Source of the DNA: an uncultured Thalassospiraceae bacterium
GTDB taxonomy: Bacteria; Pseudomonadota; Alphaproteobacteria; Rhodospirillales; JAPHRK01
Reading direction: 5' to 3'
DNA: 64,000 nt
Assembly: GCA_965368165.1 (NCBI GenBank)
Contig: CBDULT010000010.1
Location: forward strand, 8,773 to 72,772
Of this stretch, positions 45,592 to 55,861 are shown piece after piece. Within the stretch, counting starts at the first letter, position 1. Each line of letters starts with the position of its first letter. The notes under the pieces are model-generated. The model ran no database searches. It worked only from the letters and a program-made list of their open reading frames with translations, and was not told where the DNA came from. The translations under genes and the position numbers were made by a program.

Positions 45592-46638
45592 ATGTCACAG
45601 CGTAAAATAGCCGTGGTTCTGTTTAATTTAGGTGGTCCTGATAACCCTAAGGCTATCCGGCCTTTCCTTTTCAATCTGTTTAATGACCCGGCAATTATCA
45701 ATATTCCAGGCATATTCCGCTGGTTTATTGCTCAATATATTTCCCGTAAAAGAGCCCCGATTGCCAAAGAGATTTATGCTCATATAGGCGGTAAATCTCC
45801 TTTGTTGGAACAAACCCAGGCCCAGGCGAGTGCTCTGGAAACGGCTTTGAGTGATCAAGGCGAGGTTCGGTGTTTTATTGCCATGCGCTATTGGCATCCT
45901 TTTACCGATGAAACAGCCATTGCGGTCAAAGATTTTGATCCCGATGAAATTGTCCTTTTACCGCTTTATCCGCAATATTCGGTGGCGACTACTAAATCGT
46001 CTTTTGATGAATGGAAGCGGGTTTCTTTCAATCACGCCTTGGAAAAACCAGAAAAATATTTGAATTGCTATCCAACAGAAGAGGGGTTTATTGGTGCCCT
46101 GTCTGAAAATACTAAAAAACAAATTTCTGCCGTTGAAGATAAGAATTTCCGCCTGTTATTTTCTGCCCATGGATTGCCCAAAGAGAAAATTGAGGCCGGA
46201 GATCCTTATCAATTACATGTGGAACAAACTTGTCAGGCTATCGTCGATAAACTAGCAGTTTCAGATTTAGATTTAGATTGGTCCATATGCTACCAAAGCC
46301 GAGTTGGCCCTAAAGAATGGATCGGCCCCTCTACGGATGAAGAAATTATCCGCGCCGGTAAAGATAATAAATCAATTATTTTGGTGCCAGTTGCCTTTGT
46401 CTCTGAACATTCAGAAACTTTGGTGGAATTAGATATCGAATATGCAGAGCTGGCCAAAGAAAATAAGGTAAAACAATATCTTCGGGTCGCAACGGTTGGG
46501 ATTGAGAAATCCTTTATTGAGGGCTTAGCAGGCTTGGTTAAACAGTGCCTTGTTAGAGAAAGTAAAATAGGATGCCATAAAAAGGTCTGTCCTGACGATC
46601 AAAAATGCTGTCCTATTCGGAAAAGAGGACTCAGATAA
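45592..46638 (+). CDS. hemH: ferrochelatase (with a Cys-rich C-terminal extension)
   Basis: 348 aa with VVLFNLGGPD.. and ..PVAFVSEHSETL. The C-terminus is ..QCLVRESKIGCHKKVCPDDQKCCPIRKRGLR. Confidence 0.95.
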   Translation: MSQRKIAVVLFNLGGPDNPKAIRPFLFNLFNDPAIINIPGIFRWFIAQYISRKRAPIAKEIYAHIGGKSPLLEQTQAQASALETALSDQGEVRCFIAMRYWHPFTDETAIAVKDFDPDEIVLLPLYPQYSVATTKSSFDEWKRVSFNHALEKPEKYLNCYPTEEGFIGALSENTKKQISAVEDKNFRLLFSAHGLPKEKIEAGDPYQLHVEQTCQAIVDKLAVSDLDLDWSICYQSRVGPKEWIGPSTDEEIIRAGKDNKSIILVPVAFVSEHSETLVELDIEYAELAKENKVKQYLRVATVGIEKSFIEGLAGLVKQCLVRESKIGCHKKVCPDDQKCCPIRKRGLR

Positions 46639-47073
46639 ATGGGGGGCGATGCTTATCTTTGGTACAAATCCCTTCACATCATCAGTATTATTGCCTGGAT
46701 GGCAGGTTTGCTTTATCTGCCCCGTTTATTTGTCTATCACTGCCAGGTGAAACCCGGTTCAGAATCATCTGAGCTCTTTAAAATCATGGAACGTCGGCTT
46801 TTAAGAGCGATTATGCATCCGGCGGCAATTTCTTCGACAATTTTTGGTTTCCTCTTAGTTTATGAAATGGATGCCTGGGTGGAGGGTTGGTTACACGTTA
46901 AATTCCTGTGCTTGATCTTAATGTATTTTTTCCATTGGCAAATGATGCGCTGGCGGATGGATTTTGCTGAAGATCGAAATATCAGACCCGAAAAATTCTA
47001 TCGCATTATGAACGAAGGCCCGACCCTTTTGATGATTGCGATTGTGATATTTGTGGTTGTTAAACCATTTTAA
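46639..47073 (+). CDS. hemJ: protoporphyrinogen IX oxidase HemJ (UPF0093 family)
   Basis: 144-aa membrane protein with WYKSLHIISIIAWMAGLLYLPRLFVYH. It starts immediately after the hemH stop. Confidence 0.88.
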   Translation: MGGDAYLWYKSLHIISIIAWMAGLLYLPRLFVYHCQVKPGSESSELFKIMERRLLRAIMHPAAISSTIFGFLLVYEMDAWVEGWLHVKFLCLILMYFFHWQMMRWRMDFAEDRNIRPEKFYRIMNEGPTLLMIAIVIFVVVKPF

Positions 47074-47306
47074 TTTTTTAAAAGACTAATTTTTATTGAC
47101 ATAAAGCGCAGAGTCCTGCAGCTTAGGCTTAACGACCGCCTATCTATCGCGCCAATACCTGCGCAATTTCATTTGAATTTCAAAGCGCTCAAAAAGACAG
47201 ATTACATTTATCTATAGCGTCAGAAAATTAAATCACCCAAATCTCATCATTTCCTCCTCATGGGAATGATTAAACATTTATCCCATTCAAACGAGCAAAG
47301 ACCAAA

Positions 47307-48563
47307 ATGAACCTCAAGGAACTCAAAGCTAAAAGCCCCCAAGGCCTTTTAGCTCTCGCTGAAGAGCTGGAAATTGAAAATGCCAGTACCCTGCGTAAAC
47401 AAGATATTATGTTTGCTATCCTTAAAGCCTCGGCAGAAAATGATGTGGCTATTTTCGGAGACGGGGTTCTTGAAGTTCTCCAAGATGGCTTTGGTTTTTT
47501 GCGCTCACCAGAAGCCAACTATCTTCCCGGACCAGATGACATTTATGTCAGTCCCAGCCAAGTTCGCCGTTTTGGTCTCAGGACAGGAGATACGGTCGAA
47601 GGGCAAATTCGCTCTCCCAAAGATGGCGAACGTTATTTTGCCTTGCTCCGGGTTAATAACATTAACTTTGAAGAACCCGATGCGGTTCGCCATCGTATTA
47701 ACTTTGATAACCTTACCCCTCTTTATCCAGATGATCGTCTGATCATGGAAGTAGATGATCCAACACGCGAAGACCCGACCCACCGGATTATGGATTTGGT
47801 TGCGCCTATCGGTAAAGGCCAACGGGCTTTGATCGTTGCCCCTCCAAGAACGGGTAAAACGGTGATGCTGCAAAATATCGCCCAATCAATCAGCATCAAT
47901 CATCCCGATGCTTTCTTGATTGTTCTACTGATTGATGAACGCCCGGAAGAAGTAACCGACATGGATCGCTCGGTAAAAGGCGAAGTGATCAGTTCAACCT
48001 TTGATGAACCTGCAACTCGTCACGTGCAAGTTTCTGAAATGGTAATTGAACGGGCCAAACGCTTGGTCGAACATAAACGCGATGTGGTGATTTTGCTTGA
48101 TTCCATCACCCGACTGGCCCGTGCCTACAATACCGTGGTTCCTTCATCCGGTAAGGTCCTCACCGGTGGTGTAGATGCCAACGCTCTGCAACGTCCCAAA
48201 CGCTTCTTTGGGGCGGCGCGTAATATCGAAGAAGGGGGCAGCTTGACCATTATCGGGACCGCCCTGGTCGATACAGGCTCTCGCATGGACGAAGTTATCT
48301 TCGAAGAATTTAAAGGTACAGGTAACTCTGAAATTATCCTTGATCGTAAGCTGACCGACAAACGCTTGTTCCCAACCATCGATATTACCAAGTCTGGAAC
48401 CCGGAAAGAAGAACTTCTGGTCGACAAAGGCACCCTTTCAAAAATGTGGGTCTTGCGCCGTATCCTCAATCCTATGGGGGTTGTCGATGGCATGGAATTC
48501 CTGCTCAGCAAAATGAAGGATTCCAAAAACAACGACGATTTCTTCGACGCTATGAACAGCTAA
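47307..48563 (+). CDS. rho: transcription termination factor Rho
   Basis: 418 aa with an N-terminal Rho_N, a CSD-like RNA-binding domain, and the Walker A sequence PPRTGKT. Confidence 0.98.
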   Translation: MNLKELKAKSPQGLLALAEELEIENASTLRKQDIMFAILKASAENDVAIFGDGVLEVLQDGFGFLRSPEANYLPGPDDIYVSPSQVRRFGLRTGDTVEGQIRSPKDGERYFALLRVNNINFEEPDAVRHRINFDNLTPLYPDDRLIMEVDDPTREDPTHRIMDLVAPIGKGQRALIVAPPRTGKTVMLQNIAQSISINHPDAFLIVLLIDERPEEVTDMDRSVKGEVISSTFDEPATRHVQVSEMVIERAKRLVEHKRDVVILLDSITRLARAYNTVVPSSGKVLTGGVDANALQRPKRFFGAARNIEEGGSLTIIGTALVDTGSRMDEVIFEEFKGTGNSEIILDRKLTDKRLFPTIDITKSGTRKEELLVDKGTLSKMWVLRRILNPMGVVDGMEFLLSKMKDSKNNDDFFDAMNS

Positions 48564-48589
48564 CCAAACGTCGTTTGGAATATGTTTTG

Positions 48590-48623
48590 AAAGACCTCGC
48601 TGTTGCTAACAGCGAGGTCTTTC
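48590..48623. terminator. 15-bp perfect hairpin between convergent rho and qor
   Basis: AAAGACCTCGCTGTT-GCTA-AACAGCGAGGTCTTT, followed by CTGTTT on the + strand. A smaller hairpin, CCAAAC-GTC-GTTTGG, precedes it. Confidence 0.65.
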
Positions 48624-48626
48624 TGT

Positions 48627-49604
48627 TTAGGGAATCAATATTGTTGAGCCTGTGGTTTTGCGAGCTTCTAAATCTTTATGGGCTTGTGCGGCATCTTTAA
48701 GATCATAGCGTTGGTTGATCTCGATTTTAACTTTACCAGAACCAACCACTTGGAAAAGATCATTGGCAGATGCGACAAGATCTTCACGTTTAGCTGTATA
48801 GGTCATCAAAGTGGGGCGGGTGAGGAAGAGGGAGCCTTTTTGGGCCAGGAGTCCCAAATTAAAACTATCAACCGGACCAGTGGCATTACCATAACTGACC
48901 ATAGTGCCCAGCGGCTGAAGACAATCAAGGGAGCCTTCGAAAGTATCTTTACCGATAGAATCATAAACGACGGGGACACCTTTGCCATCGGTAATCTCTT
49001 TCACCCGGTCGGTAAAGTTCTCACGGGTATAGACAATAGGATGATCGCAGCCATGGGCCTTGGCAAGTTGTGCTTTTTCATCTGTCCCCACGGTGCCGAT
49101 GACTGTTGCTCCTAAAGCCTTAGCCCACTGACACGCTATGAGACCAACCCCACCCGCAGCGGCATGAAACAATATTGTATCTCCCGCTTTCACCCGAAAG
49201 GTCCGGCGCAGCAGATATTCAACGGTCATGCCTTGAAGCATCATCGCGGCCGCTTGATCATCGCTGATTCCATCAGGAATTTTGACCAGCCGATGCCAGT
49301 GGATGAGACGCTCTTGAGCATAGGCCCCTGGGGGGACGCCTGCATAAGCAACCCGGTCACCTTTAGAGAACTCTGTTACCCCCGGGCCAACCTCTTCAAC
49401 CACACCAGCCCCCTCTAATCCAATCACCGCAGGAAAGCCAGCAAGGGGGTAAAGTCCGGTGCGTTGATAGACATCAATGAAGTTAAGACCGACAGCGGAT
49501 TGCTTAAGTTTAACTTCTCCTTCTGCTGGATCATTGACTGTCACGGTTTCCCATTTAAGAACTTCGGGACCTCCGGTTTCGTGGATTTGAATAGCCTTGG
49601 TCAT
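48627..49604 (-). CDS. qor: NADPH:quinone oxidoreductase (zeta-crystallin-like MDR)
   Basis: 325 aa with IHETGGPEVLKWE.., AAAGGVG. Confidence 0.9.
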   Translation of the reverse strand: MTKAIQIHETGGPEVLKWETVTVNDPAEGEVKLKQSAVGLNFIDVYQRTGLYPLAGFPAVIGLEGAGVVEEVGPGVTEFSKGDRVAYAGVPPGAYAQERLIHWHRLVKIPDGISDDQAAAMMLQGMTVEYLLRRTFRVKAGDTILFHAAAGGVGLIACQWAKALGATVIGTVGTDEKAQLAKAHGCDHPIVYTRENFTDRVKEITDGKGVPVVYDSIGKDTFEGSLDCLQPLGTMVSYGNATGPVDSFNLGLLAQKGSLFLTRPTLMTYTAKREDLVASANDLFQVVGSGKVKIEINQRYDLKDAAQAHKDLEARKTTGSTILIP

Positions 49605-49623
49605 TTACAGTCTCCTAAACGGG

Positions 49624-50076
49624 TTAGAGAAGTTTTTTGATTTCTAAGTTTAACAAAAACTCTTTGGTAGATATTCCAGCTCCGCCAGAAAATCCGGTTA
49701 ACTTACCCTTGGCACCCGTGACCCTGTGACAAGGGATAATGATAGGGATGGGGTTTCGCCCGCAAGCCCCGCCGACAGCGCGAGGGGCCGAGCCTAAAAG
49801 CTTTGAGATTTGCCCGTAGGTCATCAGTTCCCCATAGGGAATTTGAGACATCACCTCACAGACTTTTTTTTGAAAAGTCGAACCGGCAGGGCGCAGGGGT
49901 AAATCAAATTTGGTTAAGGTGCCATCGAAATAGGCATTCAACTGCCTCTTGGCTTCTTCAAGCAAGGGGGTTGGTTGCGGGGATGGCACACGCCCCCATT
50001 CGGCAACCGTGATGGCCTCATCTTCTTCAAATAAGGTGAGATCGCCCACCGGGGAATGGATAGATATATAACTCAT
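49624..50076 (-). CDS. ogt: methylated-DNA--protein-cysteine methyltransferase
   Basis: 150 aa with the active site IIIPCHRV. Confidence 0.92.
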   Translation of the reverse strand: MSYISIHSPVGDLTLFEEDEAITVAEWGRVPSPQPTPLLEEAKRQLNAYFDGTLTKFDLPLRPAGSTFQKKVCEVMSQIPYGELMTYGQISKLLGSAPRAVGGACGRNPIPIIIPCHRVTGAKGKLTGFSGGAGISTKEFLLNLEIKKLL

Positions 50077-50085
50077 GAAAAGATC

Positions 50086-52128
50086 TTACAGGGTAGAAAG
50101 GGCCTCCTTCAAGCGTTGCTTATCGTTAATTGGCAACCCACAGCTATTGCCCGGACAAATATAGGCCGTCGCTAAACCATCCATCTGGGTTTTTCCTTTG
50201 GCCGGATGTCTATCTGGTAAAGAAATATTGGGGGAGGAAAAATGGATAATTCTATTTGGGATGTCGTAATTGCTAATTTCTGATAACAGTTCCATGGAAC
50301 CTTGCTCAATGGGATCACCGATAATAGCAATGTTTATCGGGTTGACTAAAATCTCAAATCCATTGACCACTGCGGCTTGGTGAATCAGATGTTCTGGACT
50401 GTCGGTGACCATTGCTTTGATAATCCCCTCCGCCTTTGACTGATAGGACGGATTACCTGTGAGATGATAGAGTTTGGCTAACACCTCCATCATCAATCCA
50501 TTTCCAGAAGGTGTGGCATTATCAGCCATGGGTTTGGAACGGGCAATGAGGTCGGGGGTATCTGAGGCCGTCATAAAATAACCACCGCCTTTTTGGTCTA
50601 TGTAATATTGATCAAGAACCGCCGCCCACTTCACAGTCTGGAGGAGATAATTCTCCTTTCCAGTTAGTTCAAACAATGTCAAAGCAGCTTGGCTCATGGC
50701 GGCATAATCTTCGAGCACAGCCGGGTGTTGAGCCTGACCATTACACCAACTATGAAACAAACGGTCTTCTGAGCTGGTCATATTTTCAACAATAAAATTA
50801 AAGGCTTTCTCCGCAAATATAATCCAACGATGTTGATTGAAGGTTGCTCCTGCTTCAGCCAGTGCTGAAATCATCATGCCATTCCAATCGGCAAGGACTT
50901 TATCATCCCGACCGGGGGCTATTCTTTTTTCACGAACCGCCAGTAATTTTCCCCGGGCTGTACTTAACTTTTGCTCCCAGGCTTGGTTTCCGAGTTCAGA
51001 AGTTAGAGAACGGTGGAGAATATTTTTGCCCTGCCAATTTCCATGAACCCGGACATTATAAGCTCGCTTGAAATCAGAAGTTTCATGACCAAGAATTTGA
51101 TCAATTTCACTTTCATCCCAGAGATAAAACAAACCCTCTTCACCCTCGCTATCGGCATCAAAAGAACTGTAAAAAGCCCCGGACTTATCATCTCCTTTAT
51201 GCCAAAGATCACGTAAAACCCATTCAATGGTTTCGCTAATACGCTCGGCAAAAAGTGGGTTTTGCTCATGGCGCCAAACTTTGGTAAGCAATCCAAGCAG
51301 CAAGGCGTTGTCATAAAGCATCTTCTCAAAGTGTGGCGCGAGCCATTCATGGTCGGTGCTGTAACGGGCAAACCCACCTGCCAGATGATCATAAATTCCC
51401 CCTTGGCAAATGCGGGTTAAGGTATGCACCACTGCCCTTTTATAGCCGACGGTGCCGGACCTTTTATAGGCGCGCCAGAGCAATTCAAAGAAGGTCGGCT
51501 GTGGAAATTTTGGCGATCCTTGGGTGCCGCCGTTAACCGTATCAACTAATTTCAGTGCCCGTTCAGCCGCTTGATCGAGAGAGGAAATGGATAAGGGATT
51601 GTCTGCCTTGCCTTGAGGGGCGACCAAATTTTGTAAGATGTCACCCAGGGCATCGACATTGGCAACAATTTTCTCTCTGTCATTGTGATAACTATGGGCC
51701 ACACCGACAACGATTTCAGGAAAAGCGGCGCGTCCTAAACCGGCCTCAGCCGGAAAATATGTTCCGCCCCAAAAGGGTTTTCCGTCCGGGGTTAAAAACA
51801 TGGTGAGGGGCCAGCCACCTGGTTGTCCTGTTGCCGCCAGAGCAGCTTGATAAATGGTATCAATATCGGGGCGTTCTTCACGATCTACTTTAATATTGAT
51901 AAACCGTTCATTCATCAAATCGGCAATATCTTGGTTCTCAAAAGACTCATGGGCCATCACATGACACCAATGACACGCGGCATATCCGATGGAAAGAAGT
52001 ATAGGCTTATCTAACTTTCTGGCCTGCTCAAGAACCTCAGAATTCCACGGTTGCCAGTGGACAGGATTGTCTTTGTGTTGGAGCAGATAGGGGCTGGTTT
52101 CCAGCGACAATAGATTTTCAGATACCAT
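50086..52128 (-). CDS. thioredoxin-domain protein (DUF255 / YyaL-like) with a glycosyl-hydrolase-like alpha/alpha toroid
   Basis: ORF track start is 52173; ATG at 52128 gives MVSENLLSLETSPYLLQHKDNPVHWQPW. Motif GYAACHWCHVM present. Confidence 0.88.
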   Translation of the reverse strand: MVSENLLSLETSPYLLQHKDNPVHWQPWNSEVLEQARKLDKPILLSIGYAACHWCHVMAHESFENQDIADLMNERFINIKVDREERPDIDTIYQAALAATGQPGGWPLTMFLTPDGKPFWGGTYFPAEAGLGRAAFPEIVVGVAHSYHNDREKIVANVDALGDILQNLVAPQGKADNPLSISSLDQAAERALKLVDTVNGGTQGSPKFPQPTFFELLWRAYKRSGTVGYKRAVVHTLTRICQGGIYDHLAGGFARYSTDHEWLAPHFEKMLYDNALLLGLLTKVWRHEQNPLFAERISETIEWVLRDLWHKGDDKSGAFYSSFDADSEGEEGLFYLWDESEIDQILGHETSDFKRAYNVRVHGNWQGKNILHRSLTSELGNQAWEQKLSTARGKLLAVREKRIAPGRDDKVLADWNGMMISALAEAGATFNQHRWIIFAEKAFNFIVENMTSSEDRLFHSWCNGQAQHPAVLEDYAAMSQAALTLFELTGKENYLLQTVKWAAVLDQYYIDQKGGGYFMTASDTPDLIARSKPMADNATPSGNGLMMEVLAKLYHLTGNPSYQSKAEGIIKAMVTDSPEHLIHQAAVVNGFEILVNPINIAIIGDPIEQGSMELLSEISNYDIPNRIIHFSSPNISLPDRHPAKGKTQMDGLATAYICPGNSCGLPINDKQRLKEALSTL

Positions 52129-52252
52129 ATTCTTTTTAACCCCTAAAATTATCCCTGTTGCCACACAGGCCATACCTCCTTAATTTGGAACAGATGGTCA
52201 GAACTACAAGCAACAATTTAGGACTTCTTAAATTCAAGGAGACAGGGAAATT

Positions 52253-52489
52253 ATGAAATTTACAGTGGACGTAGACTGCACCCCAGAAGAAGCCCGGACA
52301 TTTCTCGGCTTACCCGATGTGAAAACCATACAAGATAAAATGATGAAAGAAATGGAAGACAAGCTAAGGTCTAACTTAACATCAATGGACCCAGAATCCT
52401 TGATGAAGATGTGGATGCCTATGGGCGTCGATAACCTCGAGCAAGTCCAAAAATTCTTTATGAACCAATTCAAAATGGGCGGCAAATAA
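52253..52489 (+). CDS. small conserved-looking hypothetical protein (78 aa, Met/Lys/Glu-rich, probably helical)
   Basis: Good RBS (AAGGAGacagggaaattATG). The sequence is not low-complexity (MKFTVDVDCTPEEARTFLGLPDV...). I cannot confirm a family assignment from memory. Confidence 0.65.
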   Translation: MKFTVDVDCTPEEARTFLGLPDVKTIQDKMMKEMEDKLRSNLTSMDPESLMKMWMPMGVDNLEQVQKFFMNQFKMGGK

Positions 52490-52514
52490 AGCCCCTAAGG
52501 GTAAGGAATTTAGC

Positions 52515-53849
52515 GTGAGTTTTAGCGATACAATATTTGCCCTCGCCAGTGGTCATGGCAAAGCGGGGGTCGCCGTGATCAGGCTTTCAGGACCCGCTGC
52601 TCGACAAACTTTATGCAACTTGACGGGCATACAGGACCCTGTTGCACGACAAGCTTTATATGGCAGTATTGTTGACCCAAAAACTCAAGAGTCCATTGAC
52701 CAAGGCCTCTTCCTTTTTTTTAAATCACCCGCCAGTTTTACTGGGGAAGATGTGGTTGAATTTCAAATTCATGGCGGGCCTTCGGTTATTAGTAAACTCC
52801 TATCATGCTTAGGCCACCAAGAGGGTTTGCGTTTTGCAGAACCAGGCGAATTCACCCGTCGTGGTTTTGAAAATGGCAAGATGGACTTGACCGAAGCCGA
52901 AGGCCTGGCTGACCTCATTAATGCGGAAACAGAAGCCCAACGCAAACAAGCCCAACGTCAAATGTCTGGGGAGTTAGGTGAAATCTATAATTCCTGGCGT
53001 GAAAAACTCCTGCGGATTCTTGCCCATAAAGAAGCGGATATCGATTTTCCAGAAGAAGAATTGCCAGAGGAAATAGAGGCTGAACTTTATCAAAAAGTAG
53101 CAGGGTTATGTGCTGAAATAGAGCATCATTTATCCGATAATCGCAAAGGTGAACGGCTTAGAGATGGTATTCGTTTAGCCATCCTTGGCGCACCCAATGT
53201 TGGTAAGTCGAGCTTGCTCAATAAGCTGGCACAACGTGAAGCGGCTATTGTTTCTGATATAGCGGGAACCACACGGGACGTCATCGAGGTCCATTTGGAT
53301 TTAGCAGGATATCCCATCATCATTTCGGATACCGCAGGACTTAGAGAAGGTGCAGGGGTGATTGAGCAAGAGGGGATAAAACGAGCTGTGCATGCCGCTG
53401 ATGAAGCTGACCTCAAGTTGGTTGTTTTTGATGGATCGATTTGGCCCCAGGGGTGTGATGAAGGACTTAAGCTCGTCGATAAAGACACCTTGGTGTTGAT
53501 CAACAAATGTGATCTTTCGGAACCTATTGTTGATGATATCAAAGGACAAAAACCGATCTTTATCTCAGCTAAAACGGATACGGGTCTTGATATGCTTTTA
53601 CAGAGACTTAGCCGTGAGGTAATCGACCGATGGCGCATACAAGAAACCCCTTGGATCACCAGAGAGCGACACCGTGAAGCCTTGGTCGAATGTGTGTCAC
53701 ATCTCCAAAATTTTGCCCAACCAAAAGAGCTGGAATTGGGTGCAGAAGATCTTAGACTTGCGACAAGATGTCTTGGGAAAATTACAGGTATTGTGGATGT
53801 GGAAGAACTTCTCGATGTGATCTTTAAAGACTTCTGCATTGGTAAATAA
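52515..53849 (+). CDS. mnmE: tRNA modification GTPase MnmE
   Basis: 444 aa with a GTG start, G1 GAPNVGKSSLLN, and the C-terminal CIGK. Confidence 0.96.
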   Translation: MSFSDTIFALASGHGKAGVAVIRLSGPAARQTLCNLTGIQDPVARQALYGSIVDPKTQESIDQGLFLFFKSPASFTGEDVVEFQIHGGPSVISKLLSCLGHQEGLRFAEPGEFTRRGFENGKMDLTEAEGLADLINAETEAQRKQAQRQMSGELGEIYNSWREKLLRILAHKEADIDFPEEELPEEIEAELYQKVAGLCAEIEHHLSDNRKGERLRDGIRLAILGAPNVGKSSLLNKLAQREAAIVSDIAGTTRDVIEVHLDLAGYPIIISDTAGLREGAGVIEQEGIKRAVHAADEADLKLVVFDGSIWPQGCDEGLKLVDKDTLVLINKCDLSEPIVDDIKGQKPIFISAKTDTGLDMLLQRLSREVIDRWRIQETPWITRERHREALVECVSHLQNFAQPKELELGAEDLRLATRCLGKITGIVDVEELLDVIFKDFCIGK

Positions 53850-53869
53850 CTTGAGAGCGACGAAGTCAG

Positions 53870-53885
53870 TGTTTCACGTGAAACA
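53870..53885. other. parS: parS centromere-like site (perfect consensus TGTTTCACGTGAAACA)
   Basis: Direct read of a 16-bp perfect palindrome identical to the ParB/Spo0J-binding consensus TGTTNCACGTGAAACA. Lies in the mnmE-mnmG intergenic region. Confidence 0.9.
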
Positions 53886-53967
53886 TTTTTATCAAAATTC
53901 CAACAAATATTAAAAAAGCAACTCTCGTGATTTGACAGTGAGCGCTCCACTGCCTACATTCCGCGCC

Positions 53968-55836
53968 ATGAAAAACTATGATGTTATTGTTGTCGGGGGA
54001 GGGCATGCTGGCTGTGAAGCGGCTGCAGCTTCAGCACGCCTGGGAGCCTCCACACTGCTAATTACACAAAAGCCAGAAACCATCGGAGAGATGTCCTGCA
54101 ACCCGGCTATTGGCGGGTTGGCAAAAGGCCATTTGGTTCGTGAAGTTGATGCCCTAGATGGCCTTATGGGGAAAGCCATTGACCAAGGCGGCATTCAATT
54201 TCGGCTCCTAAATCGCAGCAAAGGGCCGGCTGTACGCGGCCCAAGAGCTCAAGCAGACCGAAAACTTTATCGTCAAGCAATCCAATCGCTTTTGGCAGAA
54301 CAGGCCAATCTTGATATTATGGCGGCCTCGGTTGAGGATATTAAGTTAGATCCATCTGGTCGGGTTTGTGGCGTCGTTAATGGGGATGGTCAGGAAATCG
54401 GTGCAGGGTCGGTCATTCTGACCACGGGAACTTTTTTGCGTGGCCTCATTCATGTTGGCCCTAAACAACATCCAGCCGGAAGAGTAGGGGACAAGCCTTC
54501 GGTGGGTTTGTCATTTACTCTCAAACGGTTTGGTTTCCGAATGGGTCGTTTAAAAACCGGGACACCACCGAGGTTAGATGGACGCACAATTAATTGGGAT
54601 GTGCTTGAATCTCAAGATGCTGATGAGCTTCCGGTGCCATTTTCTTTTTTAACCAAAGAAATAACCACGCCACAAATACAATGCCATATTACCAGCACAA
54701 CCGAAGAAACCCATGAAATCATCCGAGCAAATCTTCATCGTGCCCCGATGTATTCAGGCCAAATTGATTCAGTCGGGCCACGCTATTGTCCGTCTATTGA
54801 AGATAAAGTCGTGCGCTTTGCACAAAAAACATCCCATCAGATATTTTTAGAACCTGAAGGACTCGATGATCCGACTGTTTATCCCAATGGCATATCCACT
54901 TCATTGCCCTTAGATGTTCAACTGGCTTTAATCAAAACCATGCCTGGCTTGGAAGAAACTAAAATATTCCGGCCTGGGTATGCCATTGAGTATGATTATG
55001 TTGATCCTCGCGAACTCGGTCCGAGCCTCGAAACCCGGAAAATTCCCGGTCTTTTCTTTGCGGGTCAAATCAATGGAACGACGGGATATGAAGAGGCCGC
55101 GGCTCAAGGGTTGATGGCTGGGTTAAATGCAGCCTTAAAATCCGGGGATAAAGATAGTTTTGTTCTCGATCGGGCTGACGCCTATATCGGTGTGATGATT
55201 GATGATCTTATCACAAAGGGAACACGCGAACCCTATCGTATGTTTACGTCACGAGCCGAATACCGTTTAATTCTCCGCGCGGATAATGCGGATCAACGCC
55301 TGACCCCTAAAGGCGTAGGTATTGGATGTGTGGAAAGTTCTCGTAAAGCTGTCTTTGATGCTAAAATCGATCTGCTAAATCAAGGACGGGCTTTGGCCGG
55401 GTCATTAAAGGCAACACCGAACGACCTAAATAAAAGAGGCATAAAGGTTAACCAAGACGGTGTTCGCCGTTCAGTTTTCCAATTGCTTGCCTATCCAAAC
55501 GTAGACTTTGCCAAAGTAACAGAAATATGGCCTGAACTTAACCAAATATCCCAACCCATTGCGGAGCAACTTGAGATTGAAGGGAGCTATTCCGGATATC
55601 TGGATCGGCAGGAGGCAGACATTCAAGCTTTTAGGAGAGATGAATCTCTCAAGATACCCAACGATGTGGATTTCAATTTGATAGATAGTCTTTCCAACGA
55701 AATTAAAGTCAAATTGACAGAAACCCGTCCAGATACTTTGGGCGCAGCGGCAAGAATTTCAGGTGTTACTCCAGCCGCCCTGACAGCTCTGTTGGGCTAT
55801 GTCCGCCGTCACCGTCGCAATAGCAGTGTCCTGTGA
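53968..55836 (+). CDS. mnmG: tRNA uridine 5-carboxymethylaminomethyl modification enzyme MnmG
   Basis: ORF track start is 53932; ATG at 53968 gives [19 protein letters not shown]. Confidence 0.97.
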   Translation: MKNYDVIVVGGGHAGCEAAAASARLGASTLLITQKPETIGEMSCNPAIGGLAKGHLVREVDALDGLMGKAIDQGGIQFRLLNRSKGPAVRGPRAQADRKLYRQAIQSLLAEQANLDIMAASVEDIKLDPSGRVCGVVNGDGQEIGAGSVILTTGTFLRGLIHVGPKQHPAGRVGDKPSVGLSFTLKRFGFRMGRLKTGTPPRLDGRTINWDVLESQDADELPVPFSFLTKEITTPQIQCHITSTTEETHEIIRANLHRAPMYSGQIDSVGPRYCPSIEDKVVRFAQKTSHQIFLEPEGLDDPTVYPNGISTSLPLDVQLALIKTMPGLEETKIFRPGYAIEYDYVDPRELGPSLETRKIPGLFFAGQINGTTGYEEAAAQGLMAGLNAALKSGDKDSFVLDRADAYIGVMIDDLITKGTREPYRMFTSRAEYRLILRADNADQRLTPKGVGIGCVESSRKAVFDAKIDLLNQGRALAGSLKATPNDLNKRGIKVNQDGVRRSVFQLLAYPNVDFAKVTEIWPELNQISQPIAEQLEIEGSYSGYLDRQEADIQAFRRDESLKIPNDVDFNLIDSLSNEIKVKLTETRPDTLGAAARISGVTPAALTALLGYVRRHRRNSSVL

Positions 55837-55841
55837 GGAAT

Positions 55842-55857
55842 TGTTTCACGTGAAACA
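55842..55857. other. parS: parS centromere-like site (perfect consensus TGTTTCACGTGAAACA)
   Basis: Second identical 16-mer, in the 25-bp gap between the mnmG stop and the rsmG ATG. Confidence 0.9.
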
Positions 55858-55861
55858 TCCG

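Noticed and set aside
53126-53950. 274-aa ORF antisense to mnmE
   Set aside because: It is a shadow ORF of mnmE. Its N-terminal part merely reads through the parS palindrome (..NVSRETL..).
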